Below, piece by piece: positions 8,498-19,400 of a stretch of 52,936 bases of DNA. Origin of the DNA: a virus (Duplodnaviria > Caudoviricetes); the IMG/VR virus record IMGVR_UViG_3300007959_000003, positions 1-52,936 of that record; one strand, written 5' to 3'. The notes beneath the pieces were generated by a model, which saw only the letters and a program-made list of their open reading frames with translations, searched no databases and was not told where the DNA came from. Every line of letters starts with the position of its first letter. The first letter of the stretch is position 1. The translations under genes and the position numbers were made by a program.

Positions 8498-9571
8498 CTA
8501 CTGGACCTTGAAGCTGCTTATCAGGTCGTAAATATTTATGTTGGGGTCACTGAAGGCGTTGCCGAGCACCAGCCACATGGTGTTATTGTTGGGCCTTGTC
8601 GCCGACCATGCAATTACGCCGCTGTCCGAATAGGTGGTTAAACCGTCAACGCTTTTCGATACAAGGCGCCAACCCGTAGCACTTGTAATGAGCGAATAAT
8701 CTATGTCCACTCCGCCGGGTATCTGGCTCAACCCTGCGATCTGTTGTATCGCGCCGGAAGCATCCCAATACACCGTGCTGGTTGATGGGGTATCGTATGT
8801 TATAGGCGCTGCCGATATGGTGAACATCCTAAGCGTGGATGCGCTGGACTGAGAGACGGTCGGCATGGTTGCTCTATCCCATACCTCTATCGGGCTGATT
8901 GGCAGATAACCTCTATCCCCATAAGTCAAACCGCCTTCTCCGTCATCAAATACTACTATCTGAGTGGTGTCATAGAGTGCTTTAGTGCGTACGGTATAGG
9001 TTTTATCTGTTTTAGTAATCGCCGTCTTATAGACCAACGCTGCTTGAGACGCATCGTTCAGGCCGGTCAACGTCAACGCTCCGGTCCCGGTGATTGTTCC
9101 TGTCCCACCTGTTATAAACTGAAAGTTGGTTGAATTCAATACAACACTTGCAGATGCGGCGGCAGTAACTGGACCGTAAGTACTGCTCAGTGATCCCTCA
9201 CCGGAAACGTTATTTGCGCTCACCCAGATGTAATAGCCAGTACCTCCAGTGAGTGGACCGTCAATGGTATAGTTTGTGCCGGTGGAGGCTGATGCAATTT
9301 TTACTCTGGCTGTACCGTCCGATGCCGTCCCGTAATAGACGTTGTAAGACGTGGCACCCGACACCGAGGACCATGTTGCGGTTATCTGAGCTGGGGAGCT
9401 GGAAGCAGAAACCCCGGTAGGGGCATCAAGGGTTGTCGCAGCACGCACAGCAGCCATGAAGAGCAACTGGGACGAAGCGTGAGCAGTAGAGCACCCCTTA
9501 AGCCCGAACAGCACCGGGCATAGGAGAAAAGCCAGGATAGGGAGAGCCATTGCCGCGAACTTTATCCGCAT
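8498..9571 (-). CDS. Exported FN3-domain protein
   Basis: Signal-like N-terminus; APTGVSA...ATWSSVSGATSYNVYYG FN3; TAATG coupling. Confidence 0.75.
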   Translation of the reverse strand: MRIKFAAMALPILAFLLCPVLFGLKGCSTAHASSQLLFMAAVRAATTLDAPTGVSASSSPAQITATWSSVSGATSYNVYYGTASDGTARVKIASASTGTNYTIDGPLTGGTGYYIWVSANNVSGEGSLSSTYGPVTAAASASVVLNSTNFQFITGGTGTITGTGALTLTGLNDASQAALVYKTAITKTDKTYTVRTKALYDTTQIVVFDDGEGGLTYGDRGYLPISPIEVWDRATMPTVSQSSASTLRMFTISAAPITYDTPSTSTVYWDASGAIQQIAGLSQIPGGVDIDYSLITSATGWRLVSKSVDGLTTYSDSGVIAWSATRPNNNTMWLVLGNAFSDPNINIYDLISSFKVQ

Positions 9572-12500
9572 TAGAAGTTCTCCTTGATCGCCGCACAATC
9601 GGCGGTATTTGCTCCGGTCCCCTTACAAACGAACCATGATGACTTTGCGGCAGTTATGCTCGCCGGGGTACCTGTGACCCAGGTTGGCGTCAGGGTGACA
9701 AAGGACAACGCGCCGCCTCCGCTCGAAGTAACCTTGAAATCAAAGTACCGGCCCGAGACCACATTGGTGATGGTGAGCGATGTTGATCCTGTGCTGCTGA
9801 TCGTCGCGCCGGCAACCGCTGCAGTATCGATGCTGGTCGAAGTGGTCTGTGTAAAGACTCCCCCGTTGATGGTCGGATTAGTTCCAAAAACCAAGGATCC
9901 GCTGCCGGTTTCATCGGTGACTGCTGCTGCGAGGTTTGCCGAAGACGGCGTTGCCAGGAACGTTGCGGCTCCAGTTCCTAGCCCGCTCACCCCGGTGCCG
10001 ATAGGCAGCCCGGTGCAGCTCGTCAGGGTGCCGCTCGCGGGGGTGCCAAGAGCCGGCGTAGTGAACGTCGGAGATGTCAAAGTAAGCCCCGCCAACGTCA
10101 GCGCGCCCGATGCGCGGGTGAGGTCTACAGCCGTGGTCCCAAGATTGACCGAGGGGAGCCGGGCCGCGCCCAGAGTCCCGCTGCTCACGTTGGTCGCATT
10201 AAGGCTGGTCAGGCTGGCCCCGCTGATCGCCGGAAGCGCTCCACTCAACTTAGTCGCGTCCAGGGTGGAGGCAGACGTGAGGTTGCCACTGGCAGTCCCG
10301 GTGAGCGAGCCGACAAAGCCAGTGTTGGCCGTGATAGTGGTACCGGTTATCGCGGCCGGAGTTGTCCCGCCTATCGCCCCAGGAGTCGCAAATGGTACGT
10401 AGGAGGCCGGGATTTGAGTGGTCCCGTTGTACGCCCCACCCCAGGCTGTCCCGCTGGTCCAATAGGGAATCCCGGCCGTTGAGGGCCAGGTCATGCTCCC
10501 ACCACTCGGCGCGGCCCAGGAAGGAAGGCCGGAGACCAGCGTCAACTGGTAGCCGTCGGTGCCCTTGGCGAGGCGAGCAGGCGCGCCGCTGGTGTCACCG
10601 TAAATGATGTCGCCAGAGGTGGTCATAGGGTTGGTCATTCCGCTAGCTGTCGCCTGTGTGCAGCTTACCGCGTTACCGCCGGTATCCACCCCGAGCGGAT
10701 AGTACCCGGCGCTGCATTTTGATGGCGTCGAAGCCAAGGCAGTTGCCAGTGGTGCCGTGAAAGTTGCGGGGAGATCGGATGCGACCAGCCCCCTGAAGGT
10801 TGGTGTCCCGGCTAATCCGTCCGGGCCAGCAAAGACCAGGTTGGCCGATGCTGCCGCCCAGGTGACACCGAGGGTGCCAGATGAAACCACCGGAGAGCCT
10901 GACACTGTGAACTGCGCAGGAAGCGAAAGGGCGACACTCGTAACCGTCCCGCCGTTGGTCCCCGCCGTGCCCGGGTCGTTCTCCATGCAGATTTTGCCGT
11001 TGGCCGGCAGAGTGGTTGGGCACACGTTCCCGCTCATGTACATCGGGACCGCAAAGGGGGTGAGTGCGTAGCAGTCGTTGCTCTTGCCGGTGGAGACCAT
11101 GGATCCGCCCACGGTCGAATAGGAGCAAAAGCCCATCGACTTGTTTCGGATGGAGGTTGAGTATTGTCCGAAGCCCAAAGATGCGAGACCGATCGCGCTG
11201 CCAGTCACGGTTACAGGGGCGGTCCCGGTATAGGTTGCCCCTCCCGATTGCGCTACCCAGGATCGGGTGCCACCGGTCGTTGAGCTCAGCACGTAGCCGT
11301 TACCAGCGGGATTACCAAGAGTCGGCTCCTTCGTAGCATCGGCAACCGTGATATTGGCCGTACCGTTGAAGCTCACCCCGTTGATGGTCCGAGCTGTCTG
11401 GAGCGCTGTGGCCGTTCCCGAGTTCCCTGTAGTGCTCTGGTTGAGGGTCGGGATGTCCGCAGCGACCAGCGCACGGAAAAGGGGTGAGCCGGCCGTTCCG
11501 TTGGGTGCCGCAAAGAAGTAGTTGGCGGTCTGGCTGCCGTAGGGTGCAAGATAATCCGTCCCGGCCACGGCCGCCGATACGGTGCCGCTGCCGTTGGCTT
11601 TCATGATGCCGCTCACGGTACCCGCCCCGCCGCGAGTCGCTGCAACGGTGCCCGAGGTAAGGTTCGTGGCGTTTGCAGCACTCGCCGGTGTGGCATAATC
11701 GGTACCCGCAACGAGTGCGCTTTGCTTCGCGTTCCAGGTCGATTTCTCCGTGTCCATGACAAACCGGTAGGAGGCGCTTTGAGTGATGTTCGCCGGGTTC
11801 GTCGTATCAGTTGTCGCCGAAGCTGCCAGCGCTCCGCCATCCTTGATCACCGCCCCGGAAGTATCATTGAAGAGAGCAATGTGGTTCGCCGCGATGGTGC
11901 CAGTCGGGTTGACCGTACCGGATCCGCTCGGAGATCCCCATGTCCCGTCATCCTTCAGGTATTTGCCAGAGGGAGTCCCGGTAGCGGGGACACCGCCCTT
12001 CTTGGCGGTGGACATGGCCGGTAGCCGGTCGCCGTCAAGTGTGCCAGCCGTGAGCAGAGATGCGTCCGTGGTCGACCCCCCACCCACATCCGCCGAGCAG
12101 GTATAAAGCCCGGTGGAGGCGGTGTAGGTCACCACGTGATATCCGGCCCCAAGGGTTGAGCAGTCTTTGGACTGCGGCAACGTGGGCTTGTTGGAAAGGG
12201 CGGTGTAGTCCGTGGTGCCGGCTGCCCCGATCACCCCCTGTGGGATGGTGAAGTTCAGGACGGCAGCCGAGGATGTCCCGCTGTTGGTGACGTTCGCTGA
12301 ACTCCCTGCCGCTCCGGTTGTTATGGTCCCCACTGATACAGTAGCAGTGGAGCCTGGCCCGCCCGGGGGCCCGGTGAGGTTACCGATGGCCGATCCCCAG
12401 GTCGAAGCGCCCTTGGTATAGAGATCACCCGTGGCAGTCTGCAGGTAGAAGTCTCCGGTGTACCCGATCAGATCCGAAGGAGTCGCCGTGCCCGAGTACC

Positions 12501-12837
12501 AGGTGGTGCCGGTCCCCTGGACCATGAGCCCCCAGTTCGTGGTATTGTTCGGGGCAACTCCGGTTCCCGCAACCTTGCAGACATAGACGCCGTTGTTGTA
12601 GCTGACCACATCCGAGACGGCATAAGCTGTGCTGCCGCCGTAGGCTCCCTTCCAAATGTAAAGGTGATGGGAAATCTCCGTGAGCATGTCGGAGAGCAGC
12701 GGGAGAGGGAAGACCTGAGTGTAGCCGTACCCCTTGAACTGAGCCGGATCGTAAGTCCTGCCGTTCAGGGTAACGGTATCGGCTGCCGCTAAGGTAGTCA
12801 TGGCTACCAGTGCCAGTGCTGCAAGAAGTCTTTTCAT
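9571..12837 (-). CDS. Long tail-fibre-like protein (T/G/S/A-rich) with signal peptide
   Basis: Fibre motifs GDFYLQTATGDLY, GTITTGAAGSSA, ATALQTARTING, VTDETGSGSLVF; short collagen-like G-x-x; signal MKRLLAALALVAMTTLAAA. Confidence 0.8.
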   Translation of the reverse strand: MKRLLAALALVAMTTLAAADTVTLNGRTYDPAQFKGYGYTQVFPLPLLSDMLTEISHHLYIWKGAYGGSTAYAVSDVVSYNNGVYVCKVAGTGVAPNNTTNWGLMVQGTGTTWYSGTATPSDLIGYTGDFYLQTATGDLYTKGASTWGSAIGNLTGPPGGPGSTATVSVGTITTGAAGSSANVTNSGTSSAAVLNFTIPQGVIGAAGTTDYTALSNKPTLPQSKDCSTLGAGYHVVTYTASTGLYTCSADVGGGSTTDASLLTAGTLDGDRLPAMSTAKKGGVPATGTPSGKYLKDDGTWGSPSGSGTVNPTGTIAANHIALFNDTSGAVIKDGGALAASATTDTTNPANITQSASYRFVMDTEKSTWNAKQSALVAGTDYATPASAANATNLTSGTVAATRGGAGTVSGIMKANGSGTVSAAVAGTDYLAPYGSQTANYFFAAPNGTAGSPLFRALVAADIPTLNQSTTGNSGTATALQTARTINGVSFNGTANITVADATKEPTLGNPAGNGYVLSSTTGGTRSWVAQSGGATYTGTAPVTVTGSAIGLASLGFGQYSTSIRNKSMGFCSYSTVGGSMVSTGKSNDCYALTPFAVPMYMSGNVCPTTLPANGKICMENDPGTAGTNGGTVTSVALSLPAQFTVSGSPVVSSGTLGVTWAAASANLVFAGPDGLAGTPTFRGLVASDLPATFTAPLATALASTPSKCSAGYYPLGVDTGGNAVSCTQATASGMTNPMTTSGDIIYGDTSGAPARLAKGTDGYQLTLVSGLPSWAAPSGGSMTWPSTAGIPYWTSGTAWGGAYNGTTQIPASYVPFATPGAIGGTTPAAITGTTITANTGFVGSLTGTASGNLTSASTLDATKLSGALPAISGASLTSLNATNVSSGTLGAARLPSVNLGTTAVDLTRASGALTLAGLTLTSPTFTTPALGTPASGTLTSCTGLPIGTGVSGLGTGAATFLATPSSANLAAAVTDETGSGSLVFGTNPTINGGVFTQTTSTSIDTAAVAGATISSTGSTSLTITNVVSGRYFDFKVTSSGGGALSFVTLTPTWVTGTPASITAAKSSWFVCKGTGANTADCAAIKENF

Positions 12838-12866
12838 AATTTCTCCCGAAATTAAGGTGGTACGAA

Positions 12867-13727
12867 TTACAGTTTTTCTCTTAACTGGAAGGAGTCAGTG
12901 CTCCGGTCGTTGTATGGTAGCTCCAAGGGCGAAAGGTCTTTCCGGGTTGCCAGGAAGGACCGGGTCTGCTCCAGCATGGTCGCATCGTCCGGGTCATAGA
13001 CAAAGAACAGCTCCTGGCTCACGCCGAGCTTGCGCTGCATCTCCATGAACCAGGACACGCCAACGGCGGTGGGGGCCTCGAGAGTGAAATTGCAGACCCG
13101 ACGCTTCGGGGCGATACCGAAGTGGTCTACGCCCCCTTTGCTGGTTGAGACCGTAGTGGCCGAATCATCCCATCCCATCTTGGCGCCATAGGCCATATTG
13201 ACCGGAGGCTGCCAGGCGGGGGCGACGACGCAACGGGAAAGCTCAAAATGTCCGGCCGGGTTGGTCTGGTCATCAATCCAAACCAGAACGTACCGCGCTA
13301 CAATGCTGTAATCCTGTGTCAATTGGAAATAGCGACATTTTGGGAACTGAGCAAGATCCTCTGCTGGGCAAGACCCTCCATCCCAGAATGAGGGATGACC
13401 CCAAGGCAGCCCCCCTTGCGGGTGGTGTGGAAGCCAGAACGGTTGCCAACCAGAATCGTAAAGATCTTGTGTAAAGTTTGCAGCGGTCGAAACTTGAATC
13501 CTGATTTTGGCATCCGGACTCGCATTGTGGTCCAGCAAGGCCAGTACCCTAACGTCAATTTGTGCCCCAAGATCGATCATGAATTTGGTGGCAGCCATGG
13601 TCGTGCCTACGGATTGAGCCCGGGAGCTACGGCTGCTATCCTTCAGACGGTCAAGTCCTACCCAGTTGCCGTCCGAGATGGTTGCAGCCAGTGTTCTGTC
13701 CGGATATGCCAAAAGACAGTTTGCCAT
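12867..13727 (-). CDS. Distal tail/tail-tip protein
   Basis: MANCLLAYPDR...; position in the tail-tip cluster; AGGAG SD. Confidence 0.65.
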   Translation of the reverse strand: MANCLLAYPDRTLAATISDGNWVGLDRLKDSSRSSRAQSVGTTMAATKFMIDLGAQIDVRVLALLDHNASPDAKIRIQVSTAANFTQDLYDSGWQPFWLPHHPQGGLPWGHPSFWDGGSCPAEDLAQFPKCRYFQLTQDYSIVARYVLVWIDDQTNPAGHFELSRCVVAPAWQPPVNMAYGAKMGWDDSATTVSTSKGGVDHFGIAPKRRVCNFTLEAPTAVGVSWFMEMQRKLGVSQELFFVYDPDDATMLEQTRSFLATRKDLSPLELPYNDRSTDSFQLREKL

Positions 13728-13783
13728 ATTGCAGTTGCTCCTAAGCCAATCGAGAGATAACAGCCATAATCGGCACCAGTTTT

Positions 13784-14776
13784 CTAATACCCAATGGCCA
13801 TCCACATTACGTTGGGCACCGTTCCGCCAAACGTACGGACCGTTACTCCAGACGCCGAAAGCCCGTACGAGGTTATCGCGTCGGCCGTCGGAGTGGAGTT
13901 TGAGACCCCCAGGTTGTTGTTAGCGACGAATGTCAAGGCTGCGGTTGGGAAAGCAATGGGGAAGGTTATGGCCACAGACGCCCCACCACTTATCGTTCCC
14001 GCCGTGCCCCACTGGAGGATAAGCCCTCCGGCCAGCTTCTGGTACCCGTTCGTTCCAATGCTGCTCGGGAAGTCCCCATAGGTCGAGGTCAGCCTTGCTA
14101 CGCTCTGGCTGCCGATATTCCCGGTGGTGATGGCCGTAGAGGCAGGCTGGTAGTAAGAACCATGCTGGCCGTCAAGTAGATCTGCATCGAGCCCGCTCCC
14201 CGTTCCATCGTTGCCCGCATGCCAAATGGTGTGACCATTGACATTAAAGTTTGCAGGTTCGGGGATCACGAACTGGATGTATTTTGCTGCGGAGTTTCCC
14301 TGGATGAAGGTGGAAGCGTTCCAGGCCAAGGTATTACCGTCGTTAATCATAACGCCATAGGGGGTTGGTAACTGTCCCGAGCTGCTTGCCACCGGTATCT
14401 GGTTTGCCCCCGGTGATTGCGAAGGCGTAAAACCGCCAACAGTCACCGCATTGGAGATGCTGCCCGGGAACGTAATTGCTCCGGTGCTATCGTTTATGAC
14501 CCCGAGGCTGATCCACGCAGTATTTTGCGAATTCCTCACCTTCAGCACTGTCCCGTTGGGCGCACTTGTGGTATCGGACCAGAACTGGAATGGGAATGTC
14601 GGAGAAGGCGCTACGCTCCCGCTTTGATGGGTCGTGATTGACTGCAGCGCGTTGTTCATGCCAGTTCGGACCTGTGCCCCGGTCCCGTTAGGGACTGTGA
14701 TAGCGGCCTGCATTGCGAAGGCCTGCATTGCGAAGGCAATGAAGATGATCGGCAAAAGGTATCGAGTTGTTTTCAT
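13784..14776 (-). CDS. Tail fibre protein (gp53-like C-terminus) with signal peptide
   Basis: WHAGNDGTGSGLDADLLDG, GYQKLAGGLILQWG, TFPIAFP, WMAIGY; signal MKTTRYLLPIIFIAFAMQAFA. Confidence 0.85.
   Translation of the reverse strand: MKTTRYLLPIIFIAFAMQAFAMQAAITVPNGTGAQVRTGMNNALQSITTHQSGSVAPSPTFPFQFWSDTTSAPNGTVLKVRNSQNTAWISLGVINDSTGAITFPGSISNAVTVGGFTPSQSPGANQIPVASSSGQLPTPYGVMINDGNTLAWNASTFIQGNSAAKYIQFVIPEPANFNVNGHTIWHAGNDGTGSGLDADLLDGQHGSYYQPASTAITTGNIGSQSVARLTSTYGDFPSSIGTNGYQKLAGGLILQWGTAGTISGGASVAITFPIAFPTAALTFVANNNLGVSNSTPTADAITSYGLSASGVTVRTFGGTVPNVMWMAIGY
14706..14735. repeat. 15-bp tandem duplication in the signal-peptide coding region (FAMQA x2)
   Basis: gcctgcattgcgaag twice. Confidence 0.85.
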
Positions 14777-14778
14777 GG

Positions 14779-16410
14779 TCACCCCCAAAGGATCAAAGTT
14801 AAATCGTCGTTTTCGCAGTTCAGGTCAAAGCTAATGATCTTACGGATCAGCCCCGCATCGTAACCAAACCGGGAAAGTTTTACCGTTAAGTTCCGGCCAA
14901 GGTTTAGCAAGTTCTCGAGTCCTGGCCGCATCTTCACCCGGACCTGCAGCCTGTCCCTCATGACGGAGTAGATGCCGAGCCTGCGCTCAGATTCAGCGGT
15001 CTGGTCATCGTAGGCTGAGCTATCAAAGTTCAGTTCCCCGGCCAGTTGGTGCGGCACCGTGACATCAAGGTTTTCCGCGTAGCTCTGCCGGAACTGGAGG
15101 GCTAATTGGTTACGGCGGTCCGGATCGACGGCGCCCGCGAGCTCAGCGGCGTTCTGCACCGTGTAATTCTTCCGGTAGTTGATATTAACCCGTTTCACCG
15201 GGACACCGTTTGGGGTATCCGATTGCCCGAGCAGTTCAAAGTCGTTTTGAATGTCCGCCTCGTCCAGCGTCATGATCGAATCGGTGAGTGGCAGCACCAT
15301 TGGGATCACCCGGAAAATGCCCAGCCTGTCGGACCCGTACCAGTGTCCTGGAGCCGAGAAAATCTGGTCAAGGACTGGGCCCCCAGTCGTTTCAGCATCG
15401 ATGAATACTCCCACGTCACCCGGAAACACAGCGTCCGCTGCGGTTAAATCGGGGAGGCTGATCTGATCATCGGTGACCGAAAGGAGCTGGTTGAGAACCT
15501 GGTGCACCAGCCGGCACGCCGTGGCCCCTGTTGCCGCGCTCGTTCCGTCCATGCAGTCGACGGTGATCACCCCGCTGGGAGTTGAGCCGAGCCTGAAATA
15601 TCCTTCCGTCGGACAAACTCGATATGTTCCGGCCGCTGGTGCAGTGGTGAGCATATCGGTGCTGTTGGCATAATCGGCCCCGCGGGTGATTGCCAAGCCT
15701 TTATCGTAGGCGTTGGAGATGCTGATGCTGCTCGTCGTGTCAATTGCGATATTGGCAGCGTCGAAATCTGGGAGGCTATCAACCGCGGGCTCTGCGTCGA
15801 ACTGCCCTCCGTGCCTCACATTCAGCGCATACACCAGTTTAGAGGTATTGACGCACACCGGGGTAACGTTGAAGACCTTTCCCAGCACCAGCGGCTTTGG
15901 CTTCCCCATGATGTCGTTAGGGGTGCCTTCCAGCCCTTCCGGGAGATCGTTGGTCCCCTGGAACTTCAGATCTTGTACCGGCCGGTCGAGGATGAATTGG
16001 CGATCCCTCAAAGCCAGGGTGAAGATGTCGCGCTCGGGTTTCGCCTGCTGCATGGTCGCCCGGTAGAGAATGGGAAAGCTCGAGACCGGGTCACCGTCGT
16101 ATCCGATCTTGCAAACCAGGTCCCGACCGTCGAAGCCCCATGTCTTCAGATAGTCCAGTGCACCGTCTGCGTTTGAGAATGTGACCTCTCCAAAACCCAC
16201 AGAGCTTTTCCCGCTGGCTCCGCTCCCCTCGAACATGCTGCATTTCAAAGAGCCAGCCTGCTTGATCCTCGGCAAGTAGACGGTGCTCGGCGGAGTATCG
16301 GTCGGAGCCGTAGTGAAACCGGCGCCGGTGCACAAGCTGAGCCGCTCCACCTGGAGGGTGTTCGGGTTGTACCCGTCAGCCTCTATCAGGTATATGACCG
16401 CCCGGCTCAT
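14779..16410 (-). CDS. Tail tip/baseplate-hub-like protein
   Basis: Follows the tape measure gene; GKPKPLVLGKVFNVTP; ends LILWG. Confidence 0.75.
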   Translation of the reverse strand: MSRAVIYLIEADGYNPNTLQVERLSLCTGAGFTTAPTDTPPSTVYLPRIKQAGSLKCSMFEGSGASGKSSVGFGEVTFSNADGALDYLKTWGFDGRDLVCKIGYDGDPVSSFPILYRATMQQAKPERDIFTLALRDRQFILDRPVQDLKFQGTNDLPEGLEGTPNDIMGKPKPLVLGKVFNVTPVCVNTSKLVYALNVRHGGQFDAEPAVDSLPDFDAANIAIDTTSSISISNAYDKGLAITRGADYANSTDMLTTAPAAGTYRVCPTEGYFRLGSTPSGVITVDCMDGTSAATGATACRLVHQVLNQLLSVTDDQISLPDLTAADAVFPGDVGVFIDAETTGGPVLDQIFSAPGHWYGSDRLGIFRVIPMVLPLTDSIMTLDEADIQNDFELLGQSDTPNGVPVKRVNINYRKNYTVQNAAELAGAVDPDRRNQLALQFRQSYAENLDVTVPHQLAGELNFDSSAYDDQTAESERRLGIYSVMRDRLQVRVKMRPGLENLLNLGRNLTVKLSRFGYDAGLIRKIISFDLNCENDDLTLILWG

Positions 16411-19400
16411 GCGGCCTGCCGAGTCTTACGTTTGATCTCAGCGGTGTCCGCGGCCGTCTGCTCAGCCGGCGCGATAAGCCGACTGAAGCCATACTGCATG
16501 ATCCGGTTCCCAGCCGCTGTGTTCTGTTCGATCATCGACAGGTACCGGACCTGCATCTCAAGGATGGAGTTGGTAGCCTGCAGTCCAGCACTGAACGACG
16601 TGCCGTAGTTGTCGGCAACGCCCACCTGAATCCCGTACCGCTGGAGCGCCTGCGAGGTGTTGGCATCCATGATGATTTCGTTCTGGTGCACCTGTGCCAT
16701 CATGTCGCTCGGAAGCCCTGGGCTCCCCACTGCGAAGCTCGGCAGAGAGGTGACGGCCTGCGCCGCGGTCTGGCTGCCGGTGCCGGGCAGGTTTGCCAAA
16801 TAACCGGTAAGGTACTGCGCCACGATTCCGGTGTTACCCAGGAGACCCTTCAGGTACTCAACCTGTGCTTTGTTCCCGTCGCCCAGAGCGGTATGGATCG
16901 CCTGCAGCGTGCTAAGCTGGTTCTGCGCAGCCTCCAGGGTGGGGGAGGTGGTCCCGAGGCCTGCAAGGCTCGCCAGCGTTGCCACAGCGTCGGCTTTGTC
17001 CACCTGGAACTGTGAGCTTGAGGCGTTGTAGGCGCTACTCGAAGCCAGCATGGTGGTGATCTTGCTGGTGAGGTCGGATAGCGCCTGCTTGTCGCCCTGG
17101 AGCGCGAGCGCCTTGGTGCTTTCGTAGGCGGACTTGTCGGCTTCGTATTTTTGCAGCGGGCTCGCGTTGCTCTGCAGTATGCCGGTCAGCCCCTGGAGGA
17201 GATTCTCCTGCACGCTGATCGCCTCGGACGCCGCGGTCTTATAGATGTCCGAAACCGCCTTTGCATACTCCTCCTGCTGGGTGATGAGGAGCTTGGTGAC
17301 GTCGAGCCCTTTCTTACGCGCGTCGGCGAGCTCGTTCTCCTGCTCGATCTGGAGCTTGTAAAGCTGTGCGCTGTATCCCTGACCCTGGGCTACCATCAAC
17401 CGGCCGGGAGTGTCTTGGTCCAGCTTCGACTGGTTATCCTTCAAGGTGGTGAGCGCCGTGTCTGCGCTTTCCGAGAGGTTCTTGAGGTCGGCGAAGGTCG
17501 GAGCCAACTGGAGCAGGATGGCGTAGAGATCCCGACCCGATTGGGTACTGAGATCCTGAGCTTCGACCAGGTTCTTGTACTCCGATATCGTCTGCGGGAT
17601 CTGTACGTTCTGGTCGGCAAGCGCCGCCGCTATGGATCGGTGATCGGATGCGGCCTTGATCGTGGAGTAATTGCCATCGGTGTTCACGACCTGGCTGTAC
17701 TTGTCGATTGCCGACAGCAGGTTCGACGCCCCGCCCAGTGCGGTGACGATGCCCGACGCATCATTCCCGCCTGATAGCGAGGTTGAGAGAGTGCGATTCC
17801 CGGTGATGGTCGCGGCTTCGTTCACCGCCTGCAGTGAGGACGTAATCCTGTTGAAAGCAGATGAAGCGTCTTCTCCGACCTTGGTAAACTTTGCAATCTC
17901 GGGGTAGAGCTTGGAGATAGCTTCGTTGGTCAAATTCTGGAAATATGTCTGGATGGCCTTTTGTTGATCAGCCCCTGATAGCCCGTCAAGCTTGATGTGA
18001 GACGCGGCAGACGTGAAGTTTTTCAGCGTCTGAGCAACAGTCGAATCTCCCAGTATCTTCCCATCCTTGATCAGAGTGTCAGAGATGGTTCCGAACTGTT
18101 CTTTGATAAATGCGTCCCATTTCGGATCGAGACTCGAGATTATGCTCCTATTCTGGGTGCCGCTCCAGAAGGACCCTTCGCGCGATTGGTCAGTGAAAGA
18201 GGATCCTCGGATTGACCCTCCCTCCACAACGATATTGACGCCCTGGCCTTTACTGTCCCAGTTGGTCCCGAATAGCCCCCCCCCGGTCGCCCAGTCGAGG
18301 CCCAGAGCTGACCATCCGAGAGGGTTTGTCATGGCAGCACCACGCCATGCTTTCTGCTCATCGTTGCCCTTGTTCCAAAGCCCTCCGGGGCCAAAGTATG
18401 AGTTCGCAGCATAGGCCGCGATACCGGCGGTACCCATTGCTGGCAGCATCATTCCAAGCCCCCCGGCGAAGTTGGTCGAACCGCCGGAGATCATGGTGGA
18501 AAACCCTTCCTTGAACCCGGAGAGGATGCCGGTGGAGGCCCCGGCTTTCACGCCCTCGGTGAGGTTGGAGAAGAACATGCTTCCCGTGGAGAACATACCG
18601 CTCAGCCCCGAGGTACCCTGTCCGGAGACCGCCTGTCCAAGGAAGGAGGTGATCGGCCCGGTGATGTTCTGCTTGACCAGCATACCGGCGATATCGGTAC
18701 CAAGGGAACTGAGCAGCGAGTGGAAGTCACCCTTCCCCTTGGTGATCATGTTGGTCAAGGCCTGTTCGATGCTCTGGAAGGCGTTCAGCATGGCGTTTTT
18801 GATCTGTGCGCCGGCATCGGTCGCCGTCTTGGCATATTCGTAGAGCGCCGACTGCGCCCCGCCTATCGCGGTACGGTCGCCGAGGATCTTCTGTTGCTCA
18901 ACGATCTTGGCGCTGGTCTGCTCGATGCTTTGGCGCAACTGCTCCTGCACCTGGCGGGAGGCCTCGCTGGCCCCGCTTTCGGCGTTGTACCGGGACTGCA
19001 GCGCTGTCCGCTCTGCCTCGTAAATGGAGAGGCGACCGGTGGCGGCCTGTTCAACTGTGAGCTGATAGGAACTTTCCAGGCTGTTGAGTCGGGTCAACTG
19101 GTTCGCCAGGTCTGAAAGGGTGGAGGCAGTCGAAATCGAAATATCCTTCCGCTTGCCTTCCTCTATCACCAACTCGCCGAGGGCTTTCTTCTGGAGCTTC
19201 AGCTCTTCGGGGAGTCTCAGGAATTCGGGGGAGCTCTGCTCAAAGGCAGCCTTGGCCTCCGCCGCCTTCCGGTAGCTCCCCTGCGCCTCAAGGAGTTGGC
19301 CGTTGACGCTGGAGAGGCTGGCGGATTGCTGTTGAAACAGTGCCTGACGCTTGCCGGGCTGCAGCGTGTCCATGGCGTCGATCTCGCGTGCCGCGCGCTC

